Of a DNA stretch of 64,000 nucleotides, positions 39,475 to 47,105 are shown one piece after another. The notes under the pieces are model-generated. The model searched no databases and was not told the DNA's origin. It saw only the letters and a program-made list of their open reading frames with translations. Location of the stretch: the sequence record SRR20825010_2423. One strand, written 5' to 3'. Both the position numbers and the translations under genes were made by a program. How positions within the stretch are numbered: the first letter of the stretch is position 1; every line of letters starts with the position of its first letter.

Positions 39475-40236
39475 TCACATTTCGGCCATATTTCCCCTCA
39501 CCAAACCAATAAATTCAGCGAAAAACGCAATAAATACCCCCGCCATCAATCCCAGCACAATAGATAGCACCACAATCAGGCCCCGCGAAGGACCCGCGTT
39601 TTCTCCGCTTTGCCTGCTGATGACCAGAGCCTCAAAAGACGACAACGATTCCAAATCCGATTCCAGTGAAAGCTGCTTTTCTACGGCGGACGCAATTGCA
39701 TCGCCGGTGTTCTTCCCTTCTTCGAGCATTTTGATCGTCGAATCCAAGGATGCAATCTGCTTCTCAAGGCTCTCGCGCAGCATAGATAGTGCCTGCCCTT
39801 GCTCAGAGCTTAGACGCTCGATCAACTGCCTATGATTCTTCTCTATAAGCTCTGCCAAGGAGGGTGAGGCTACGGAAACGATTCTAATAAGCCCTGTATC
39901 CTCTGGGTTACTGGCCGTTAGCTTGAAAGGTAAGTTCCGGTTGTTTTCTGCGTGATAGGTGGCCTGCAGATCCGGCACCCAGAGGCTGTCCAGTTCGGCG
40001 ATGATTGTAGCGGGCTCTTCGACGTATTTTCCTTTCGCCTTTTCAGCCAATTTCATGAGGGTAACGTATTCGTATTTTTCTGGCGCGAACAATGCGTAGG
40101 CCACGCCCACGAGAGATATCATTATGAATACGACGTAGAACACCCGACGGCGTTTAAGAAAAGTCGTTGCCAGATCAACCAGACTGATTTCATCGTCGTA
40201 TTGGGGGCGGGAAGCCCCCTGGGGTGGTTCTACCAT
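39475..40236 (-). CDS. Second, short Wzz-like chain-length determinant
   Basis: DDEISLVDL, TM1, a coiled coil, and GPSRGLIVVLSIVLGLMAGV as TM2. Confidence 0.82.
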   Translation of the reverse strand: MVEPPQGASRPQYDDEISLVDLATTFLKRRRVFYVVFIMISLVGVAYALFAPEKYEYVTLMKLAEKAKGKYVEEPATIIAELDSLWVPDLQATYHAENNRNLPFKLTASNPEDTGLIRIVSVASPSLAELIEKNHRQLIERLSSEQGQALSMLRESLEKQIASLDSTIKMLEEGKNTGDAIASAVEKQLSLESDLESLSSFEALVISRQSGENAGPSRGLIVVLSIVLGLMAGVFIAFFAEFIGLVRGNMAEM

Positions 40237-40332
40237 TTCATAACCATCGTTTGTTAAGAGTTAATGACATTATGACCGTTTGCAGGACGAAGAGAAGTGA
40301 ACAAAAGTTCCTTTTAGGCGTGAGGAGTGGGT

Positions 40333-40363
40333 TGTTGGGTTACGCTTCGCTAATTTGACCTAC
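40333..40363 (-). repeat. Degenerate GTAG-family REP overlapping the rfaH 3' end
   Basis: The minus strand reads GTAG-GTCAAATTAGCGAAGCGTAACCCAAC-A, the same architecture as the element at 7827 with an imperfect stem. Confidence 0.55.
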
Positions 40364-40841
40364 TGCGGTGAAGGGTGGATAGAGGAACTTTGACGGCTTG
40401 TTGCTTCTGCATAAAGCTAATCAAGACAATGGCGCGCTCCTCGCCGTCGTAGGCCTGGAAGATGGCGCTGATGCCCTTAAAGGGCCCGCCTTCCAGATTC
40501 ACGACCTGACCGGGCTTGATCCCGCCCTGCTCTGCGACGGTATGCAGACTCTCTTTAATATGTTTGATGACGTCATCCGGGATGCCGGCTGGTTTATTAG
40601 CAAAGCTGACAATCCGCAGAATGCCACGCGTTGAACGAAGCTTGGCCCACATGGGATCCGTTTGCTCCAGGTTCACGAACAGATAGCCGGGGAAGAGCGG
40701 CTCCAGCTTTTTGGTGCGCTTGCCAGCCTTGATTTTTTCCACCGAAATTTTCGGATAGAAGCAGGCAATGTCCTGGTTTTGCAGATGAGTCAGGGCGCGA
40801 TCGCCCTGACTGGGCTTGTGTTGTAGGGCGTACCAAGTCAT
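40350..40841 (-). CDS. rfaH: Transcription antiterminator RfaH (NusG paralogue)
   Basis: WYALQHKP, A..HLQNQ, EPLFPGYLFV, LRSTRG, GPFKG and DGEERAIVLI. ATG overlaps the cysQ stop (ATGA). Confidence 0.92.
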   Translation of the reverse strand: MTWYALQHKPSQGDRALTHLQNQDIACFYPKISVEKIKAGKRTKKLEPLFPGYLFVNLEQTDPMWAKLRSTRGILRIVSFANKPAGIPDDVIKHIKESLHTVAEQGGIKPGQVVNLEGGPFKGISAIFQAYDGEERAIVLISFMQKQQAVKVPLSTLHRSRSN

Positions 40842-41605
40842 TTGTACCAGTTGCCAGCGGCAATGAAATGGGGGTTGAGCACATCTTCCTTGCCATACTG
40901 CAAAGGCTTGCCCTCCAACGTTTCTACCTTGCCTCCAGCGGCGGAGAGCACGGCGTGGGCTGCACCAGTATCCCACTCGCAGGTTAGCCCCAGCCTTGGA
41001 TATATGTCTGCATGGCCTTCGGCAATTTTGCAGAATTTGAGGGAACTGCCGGCCTGCAGCAGCTTGTGCGCGCCAAGCTTGTCGATGAAGGCTTTGGTTT
41101 CTTCATTCAGGTGGTTCTTGCTGGCGACAACGCGCTTGGAGTCACCGGGTTCTACCACACTGATCCGCCGAGTGCGGCCGGTGCGATCCCGCTTGTAGGC
41201 ACCCTCACCTTTTAGGCCCCAGTAGGCTTCTTTTAACGCAGGCGCTGTTACGACCCCGAGAATGGGCTCGCCGTTTTCGATCAATGCGATGTTAACGGTG
41301 AATTCTCCTGTGCGCTGGGTGAAGTCCTTGGTGCCATCAATCGGGTCAATCAGCCAGAAGCGCCGCCATTGTTTACGCTCGCTCCAGGGGATTTCGGCGC
41401 CCTCTTCAGATAGCACTGGAATATCGTGGCTGAGGTTGCGTAGGCCTTCCACAATCACGCGATGGCTGGCGACGTCCGCAGCGGTAATCGGTGACTCGTC
41501 CACCTTGAAGCCCACTTTGAAATCCGTCCTGTAAATGCCAAGGACTTTTTCGCTGGCGGCGTCGGCAATTTTGAGAACATCGGGAAGGATGGAACTATAG
41601 TGCAT
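40838..41605 (-). CDS. cysQ: 3'(2'),5'-bisphosphate nucleotidase
   Basis: SPITAAD, LSEE, WLIDPIDGTKDF, EFTVNIAL, GSSLK, YPR and EWDTGAA. Confidence 0.95.
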   Translation of the reverse strand: MHYSSILPDVLKIADAASEKVLGIYRTDFKVGFKVDESPITAADVASHRVIVEGLRNLSHDIPVLSEEGAEIPWSERKQWRRFWLIDPIDGTKDFTQRTGEFTVNIALIENGEPILGVVTAPALKEAYWGLKGEGAYKRDRTGRTRRISVVEPGDSKRVVASKNHLNEETKAFIDKLGAHKLLQAGSSLKFCKIAEGHADIYPRLGLTCEWDTGAAHAVLSAAGGKVETLEGKPLQYGKEDVLNPHFIAAGNWYK

Positions 41606-41694
41606 GAGGGTCGGCTTCCTGCGTCAGGTCAATTACGCTTGCTCTATTATGGGCGATAGTGGTGTAACACATCAAAACTATTACAGAGGTTCCT

Positions 41695-42232
41695 ACGACA
41701 AAGCTGCCGCACCCTGGGGCCGCAGGCACGGCAACCAGTCCTCGTTATTTACTACCGAATGCCGGGCACCCGCAAGAGAAAGACGCCGAAGAAGCTCCAA
41801 AGCAGTTCGAGTCTCTGCACTATCACGAACAGTTTGAGACGCTTAAAAGTATGGAGACGACCTTCACACAGTGACGAGCGGGTGTTGTATCACCTGAAAA
41901 CTCAACTGCCCAACTCGCACAACAGTATTGTATTTGATTGGTTCCAGGTACGGAGCACATGATGGGATGCGCTGTTGAATGGAGCGGAATCGGTGAAGAT
42001 TCACGGGGAATGCTGGCCGGTTAAGGCGGAGGCTCATAACCTGGAGTCGCTATCTGCCCATGGCGACTACAACGAAATTCTACAGTGGCTCGGGGCCAGC
42101 AACCTCAACCCTCAAAAGGCGCACATTACCCATGGTGAGGGCATGGCGAGGGATGTTATGCGAGAACGGGTACGAAATAGGTTAGGGCCGGATGTTGACG
42201 TGGCGGATCTGCTTGAACAGATAGATACATAG
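41695..42232 (+). pseudogene. Decayed beta-CASP metallo-hydrolase gene (several deletions, a frameshift and a nonsense codon)
   Basis: Fragments in family order: GAAGTATSPRYLL, AGHPQEKDA, EEAPKQFESLHYHEQF, then in another frame RVLYHLK..LPNSHNSIVF..FQ-stop-ALLNGAESVKIHG, SLSAHGD and ITHGE. Confidence 0.78.
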
Positions 42233-42245
42233 CTTCTGGAGTAAA

Positions 42246-42263
42246 GGAGGGGCATGCCCCTCC
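42246..42263 (-). terminator. Hairpin, probable terminator of the second pilin gene
   Basis: Perfect palindrome GGAGGGGCATGCCCCTCC followed by only TTT on the minus strand. Confidence 0.5.
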
Positions 42264-42287
42264 CTACTCACTATCGCATCCGCGCAA

Positions 42288-42731
42288 TTAGATCACCGCG
42301 CAGCCATTGGGACTGTACTTGCCCTTCCAGTTAGCGGCCGCACTAGGATCTATTACACATTGCCAATTCCCAGCAACCGAACGCTCCATCCTGATCACAA
42401 CCCCCGCCAAGTCGCCATGAGCGTTGCCGCCCATGGTCACTTGAATGTGACCAGAACCGTCAGGATTCAACACTGCGATGTCGATTGCTGGAACACCGGT
42501 TGTCAATGATGATGGCGAGTAACCGATGTCCGAATTATCAATCGTCGCCCCACGTGCCAGCCGCTCCTCTACTGCAGTTTTATAGGCAGACAGCTCCCCA
42601 AGTGTCCGGTTTACCTGGGATTGCATGACATGCCCTCGATAGGCTGGTATCGCGATCGACGCAATAATACCAATGATAGCGACAACAATCATGAGCTCAA
42701 TAAGAGTGAAACCGCTGTTTTTTCCAGACAT
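42288..42731 (-). CDS. Second type IVa pilin
   Basis: [31 protein letters not shown] class III signal with E5. C-terminal disulfide loop WQC...YSPNGC, ending in Ile. Confidence 0.92.
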   Translation of the reverse strand: MSGKNSGFTLIELMIVVAIIGIIASIAIPAYRGHVMQSQVNRTLGELSAYKTAVEERLARGATIDNSDIGYSPSSLTTGVPAIDIAVLNPDGSGHIQVTMGGNAHGDLAGVVIRMERSVAGNWQCVIDPSAAANWKGKYSPNGCAVI

Positions 42732-42767
42732 GCTCTGTATTCCCAAAATCCGAAGTTATTATTACAA

Positions 42768-42784
42768 AGCAAAGTCCGGACCAA
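42768..42784 (-). promoter_or_regulatory. Candidate sigma54 (-24/-12) promoter of the second pilin
   Basis: The minus strand reads TTGGTCCGGACTTTGCT, i.e. GG-N10-GC with TTGC, about 36 bp upstream of the ATG. Confidence 0.6.
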
Positions 42785-42834
42785 CAAACTGCATATCAGG
42801 AAAAGAGGGCTCCCATACAACTACAATGAGCTGA

Positions 42835-44355
42835 TCAAGAGTCTCGGCGAGGATAGTTTCCGTGAAACCAGAAGCGCGGCATTATACGCCCTTTTAGTTC
42901 CTCCTGATAATAGGGCTCGTCGGCTTTCATATCAAGATAGTAGGCATGCACCTGGCCCACCCAAAACAGCCAAAGCACCAAGACGGCTGCCGCGAAGGAA
43001 ACTGCAAAAGCCAGCCTTGCTGGCGGTGCTGCGCAATTGAATCTACCTCCCCCTCGTAAGAACAACGGCGGGGCGATCAGCGCCCAAAACGCCACCAACA
43101 CAAACAACCCAACCAGCATGGAGCCCGGCGCTATAAAAACCGCTGACACTCCGGCATGTATTAGCGCGCCAACCACGGATGCAGTTACACCGGAGAGCAA
43201 TAGAAGACCCTGCACTGCTCCCTCAACCAACATGGCAGCGCGCCGTCGCCAGAGACTTAGAGTCAGCTGCACCATTAGCACGAGCAGCAGGAGAATCAAC
43301 AGCCATCCATACTCTGCCGCCCACATCAGATACATGTTGTGCGGGTGCCCAAACTTACTGCTTTCCAAATACGACTGAGTAAACAGGTCGTGAGTTAACC
43401 AGGATTGCGGCCCCATACCCAAGGGGAAATACTGAAGGCTCATCTGCCAGGCCTCCTTAAAAAGCGGCTCCCGGCCCGAGCTAGAGGCGTGGAGTGTGCG
43501 CAGCTCTATATCATCCAAAAGCAGTGATGGCACAAAAACAGAGAGGAAAAACCAGACAGCCACACCCATTAGGAAATAAACAACGAACTGCTTCAACCAG
43601 GGCCAGCTTTGACGGCCAAAGAACAGCGTTACGAGAAGTGCGCCAATCGCAATCCCTAGGACCGTCCCCCGCGAAGCGGACAGCAGAACAATCCACCACC
43701 ACAGCCCCGCTCCAGCAGCAACAATTATGCGCCAAATCCGGAACTCGCCCAGGGGACCAACAAGAACCGCCAGCGGCAGAACTGGCAGAAGCCAGGTTGC
43801 TACATGGCTCCAGTATCGTATATTCACAAAGCCCCAGGGAATCAGGTCCGAAAGGTCAGCCTGACCATCAACCAAAGCAAACACATAGACGTTTACCGAC
43901 ATCGCACCATAGAGAAAACACGTTACTGCAGCGACCGACACGACAATCTCTATGTAGCGATTGACAGCACCCAGAATTACAAGAACGAGCCCCCCTGACA
44001 CAATTGCGGCAAAATAGAACGCATACAGACCGGGCTCCACAAAAGCATAAATCTGCTCACGGAAGGTGATAGACAGAACGGGAAAGCCGAGAACAAATAA
44101 AGTAGCAGGCAGCAAAGAAAAAGCTGATTCTCTTGAGTGAAGCCCTTGGATAGCAATAAAGAACGTAGCAGCAACCGAAACACTACCGATTAAACCCACC
44201 AGCAGAAAACGCTGGTCTGCGTAGGAACCCCCGAACGTCGGCAAGAAATCAGCAAACAAAACAGCCAACATGGACAGAGTGACCGCGAGCCCTGCGAAAG
44301 CAAGCGTTATCAGGCTGACTTTCAAGATCGCACCCCTTCCGTTAAGACGACTCAT
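42835..44355 (-). CDS. O-antigen-ligase-family (Wzy_C) membrane protein, probable pilin O-oligosaccharyltransferase (TfpO-like)
   Basis: Polytopic, with GF.NIRYWSH, SASRG, SSGR..L, PLGMGP and HPHN.YL..AAEYG. Lies directly downstream of pilA. Confidence 0.82.
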   Translation of the reverse strand: MSRLNGRGAILKVSLITLAFAGLAVTLSMLAVLFADFLPTFGGSYADQRFLLVGLIGSVSVAATFFIAIQGLHSRESAFSLLPATLFVLGFPVLSITFREQIYAFVEPGLYAFYFAAIVSGGLVLVILGAVNRYIEIVVSVAAVTCFLYGAMSVNVYVFALVDGQADLSDLIPWGFVNIRYWSHVATWLLPVLPLAVLVGPLGEFRIWRIIVAAGAGLWWWIVLLSASRGTVLGIAIGALLVTLFFGRQSWPWLKQFVVYFLMGVAVWFFLSVFVPSLLLDDIELRTLHASSSGREPLFKEAWQMSLQYFPLGMGPQSWLTHDLFTQSYLESSKFGHPHNMYLMWAAEYGWLLILLLLVLMVQLTLSLWRRRAAMLVEGAVQGLLLLSGVTASVVGALIHAGVSAVFIAPGSMLVGLFVLVAFWALIAPPLFLRGGGRFNCAAPPARLAFAVSFAAAVLVLWLFWVGQVHAYYLDMKADEPYYQEELKGRIMPRFWFHGNYPRRDS

Positions 44356-44397
44356 ATTGCCGGACTAATTTCTGCTTTGTCGCATGATATATCAAAT

Positions 44398-44428
44398 AAA
44401 AAAGCCCGGAGCCTAGGCCCCGGGCTTT
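44398..44428 (-). terminator. Rho-independent terminator after pilA
   Basis: The minus strand reads AAAGCCCGGGGCC-TA-GGCTCCGGGCTTTTTT, between pilA and the transferase gene. Confidence 0.8.
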
Positions 44429-44488
44429 GACACTTCCACTTTGATCTTAGCAGGTCTCTGCGGAAGCCAATTTTATGACATCCTTAGA

Positions 44489-45004
44489 TTAGGATGCAGG
44501 GCAGCCAGCAGGAGCGTAGCTGTCTTTCCAGCCGTTGCTGGTGGTCGGCGGAGTAACTACGCAGTTGTAAGCGCCGTTTGCAGTGCGGGACACAGTTACA
44601 GTCGCACCACGAACCGCTGCAGAAGCATCAGTACCCAGTACGACGTTCCAAGACATCGTGGCCAGGTTGCCATTAGTAATGGTCAGGCCGTATTCAGGAT
44701 CGTTAGCCGTGCCGGTACCGTCCTCTACGAGGTTCGAACCGGTCCAACCGATGCCGATTTCGCGCTGAGGAGTTGCAGTGAGATCGTCTTCGTTCGCTAC
44801 AGCACCGCCATTGTTAAAGATACTTTCAGCATTGGATTTCAGCGCGTTTACTTCACCAACAACACGAGAAACCTGAGTACGTGCGGTGTAGTCCTGATAC
44901 TGAGGAATAGCAACAGCAGCCAGGATACCGATGATCGCAACAACGATCATCAATTCGATCAGTGTGAAACCCTTCTGGGCGTGATTCATTTGAATGTTCT
45001 TCAT
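44489..45004 (-). CDS. pilA: Major type IVa pilin with a C-terminal serine
   Basis: [31 protein letters not shown] and C-terminal YNC...YAPAGCPAS. Divergent from pilB, with a GAGG RBS, a sigma54 promoter and a terminator. Confidence 0.96.
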   Translation of the reverse strand: MKNIQMNHAQKGFTLIELMIVVAIIGILAAVAIPQYQDYTARTQVSRVVGEVNALKSNAESIFNNGGAVANEDDLTATPQREIGIGWTGSNLVEDGTGTANDPEYGLTITNGNLATMSWNVVLGTDASAAVRGATVTVSRTANGAYNCVVTPPTTSNGWKDSYAPAGCPAS

Positions 45005-45100
45005 TAGTCGACCTCTGTGTTTGTCGTTAATCCACTCGATACGGCCCGGGCCCGGCGGAGTCGCACCCCGTGACCGGTATCTAGAGCCTGGGTTTCGTTA

Positions 45101-45117
45101 AGCATTGCTCGTGCCAA
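45101..45117 (-). promoter_or_regulatory. sigma54 (-24/-12) promoter of pilA
   Basis: The minus strand reads TTGGCACGAGCAATGCT, a near-consensus TGGCAC-N5-TTGC. Confidence 0.85.
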
Positions 45118-45167
45118 CTAAAGTCAGCCGTCGACAAACGCCTTATTATCAGCACTTTATAAAACAT

Positions 45168-45240
45168 TGTGAAATTCATCGCATCGACAAAAGAAGTCGA
45201 CCCCATGCCCTGACGCGTCACTGGGTGACAATTTTTGTCA
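45168..45240. promoter_or_regulatory. Candidate upstream activator sites between pilA and pilB (CRP/Vfr-like site and TGACA palindrome)
   Basis: TGTGA-AATTCA-TCGCA at 45168-45183 and palindrome TGACA-ATTTT-TGTCA at 45226-45240, at enhancer distance from the sigma54 promoter. Confidence 0.45.
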
Positions 45241-45387
45241 GATGACACATCCATAGACACCGTGTTTTCCGGGCATACGACCACTTCATTACCCGCACGC
45301 CTTTCCAAACCGTTGCCAGCCATCTAAACTCACTCCATTAGACCAACATCCGTTTCAGACACTTAGGCTGCGTTTTTTACACAATTT

Positions 45388-47103
45388 ATGTCTACCAATA
45401 AAAGCAATGTAACGCTTACAGGCCTGGCGAGACGCTTCGTCGATGACGGGCTTATTGATGAATCCACCGCGAAAGATGCCTTTCTCCAAGCATCCCACAA
45501 CCGCATTCCACTCATTACCTACCTGGTACAGAACAACCTGGCGAACAGCGGAGGACTCGCCTTCTCCGCTGCGATGGAGTTCGGTGTTTCAGTTCTGGAT
45601 CTCAACGCCTTTATGCCGGAGATGATGCCCGATAAGGTCGTAGATGAAAAACTGATACGAAAACACAACGCCCTGCCGCTCTATAAGCGTGGAAACCGGC
45701 TGTTTATCGCAGTCTCCGACCCGACCAACATTCAGGCGTTGGACGAGATCAAGTTTAATACCGGCCTGAGCACCGATGCCATCCTGGTGGACGACGCCAA
45801 GCTCCGGGAAGCCATCGACAAGTATCTTGAGTCCCACGATACGTCGATGGGTGATCTGGATGATGCCGACCTTGAAGGCGTTGAAACCGAAGGCGGTGAC
45901 CAGGAAGACGATGCCGTTGTCGCGACGAGCGATGTCGACGATGCCCCCATCGTAAAGTACGTGAACAAGATGCTTCTTGACGCCATTCGCGGGGGGGCCT
46001 CGGACGTTCACTTTGAACCCTATGAGAAAACCTATCGGGTTCGATACCGCACCGACGGCATTCTGAAAGAAATGTCGCGCCCCTCCATCAAGTTGGCCCC
46101 GAAGATTTCTGCCCGGGTAAAAATCATGGCGCAGCTGGATATCTCGGAGCGCCGGGTCCCGCAGGACGGCCGGATCAAGATGAAGCTGTCCAAGACCAAG
46201 GCTATCGACTTCCGGGTCAACACTCTCCCTACACTTTGGGGAGAAAAGATCGTTCTGCGGATTCTCGACCCAAGTCAGGCGAAGCTCGGCATCGATGTTC
46301 TGGGTTATGAGGAAGAACAGAAACAGCTGTACCTGGACGCCCTTGAGCAGCCACAGGGAATGATACTGGTGACGGGACCCACCGGCTCGGGCAAGACAGT
46401 TTCCCTTTATACCGGCCTGAACATACTGAACACACCAGAAAGGAACATCTCCACAGCCGAAGACCCTGCGGAAATCAACCTGGAAGGCATCAACCAGGTC
46501 AACGTCAATACCAGGGTGGGCCTCGGCTTTGCGGAAGCATTGAGAGCCTTTCTGCGTCAGGATCCGGACATCATCATGGTGGGTGAGATCCGAGACCTGG
46601 AAACGGCGAACATTGCTATCAAAGCGGCGCAAACAGGGCACCTGGTGCTCTCGACCCTGCACACCAACAGCGCTGCGGAAACGCTCACGCGCATGATGAA
46701 CATGGGCGTTCCGTCCTTCAACATCGCCACGTCGGTGAGCCTGATCATTGCCCAGCGACTGGGCCGTCGGCTTTGTAACTCTTGTAGACAACCTGCCGAC
46801 ATCCCCAAAGACGTGCTTTTAGCGGAGGGGTTCACACAGGAACAAATTGATACAGGGTTCACGTTGTACCGTCCCAAGGGCTGTGATAAATGCAATGGTG
46901 GATATAAAGGCCGCGTCGGGATTTACGAGGTGGTCAAGATTACCGACGAGCTGGCGAACATGATTATGGAAGAAGCCAGTTCGATTAAAATTGCAAAGCA
47001 GGCACAGTCCGAAGGCTTCCCGAACTTGCGGCAATCCGCCCTTAAAAAAGTCATTGAGGGCGTGACCAGTCTTGAGGAAGCCAACCGCGTGACGAAGGAT
47101 TAA
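45388..47103 (+). CDS. pilB: Type IV pilus assembly ATPase
   Basis: ASDVHFEP, LDISERRVPQDGR, GPTGSGKT, LRQDPDIIMVGEIRD and the Zn-binding cysteines. Confidence 0.97.
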   Translation: MSTNKSNVTLTGLARRFVDDGLIDESTAKDAFLQASHNRIPLITYLVQNNLANSGGLAFSAAMEFGVSVLDLNAFMPEMMPDKVVDEKLIRKHNALPLYKRGNRLFIAVSDPTNIQALDEIKFNTGLSTDAILVDDAKLREAIDKYLESHDTSMGDLDDADLEGVETEGGDQEDDAVVATSDVDDAPIVKYVNKMLLDAIRGGASDVHFEPYEKTYRVRYRTDGILKEMSRPSIKLAPKISARVKIMAQLDISERRVPQDGRIKMKLSKTKAIDFRVNTLPTLWGEKIVLRILDPSQAKLGIDVLGYEEEQKQLYLDALEQPQGMILVTGPTGSGKTVSLYTGLNILNTPERNISTAEDPAEINLEGINQVNVNTRVGLGFAEALRAFLRQDPDIIMVGEIRDLETANIAIKAAQTGHLVLSTLHTNSAAETLTRMMNMGVPSFNIATSVSLIIAQRLGRRLCNSCRQPADIPKDVLLAEGFTQEQIDTGFTLYRPKGCDKCNGGYKGRVGIYEVVKITDELANMIMEEASSIKIAKQAQSEGFPNLRQSALKKVIEGVTSLEEANRVTKD

Positions 47104-47105
47104 GC

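Noticed and set aside
42288..42731. Second pilin as a silent pilS-like recombination cassette
   Set aside because: It has an intact leader, start codon and candidate promoter, and its similarity to pilA beyond the N-terminal helix looks too low for Neisseria-style gene conversion.
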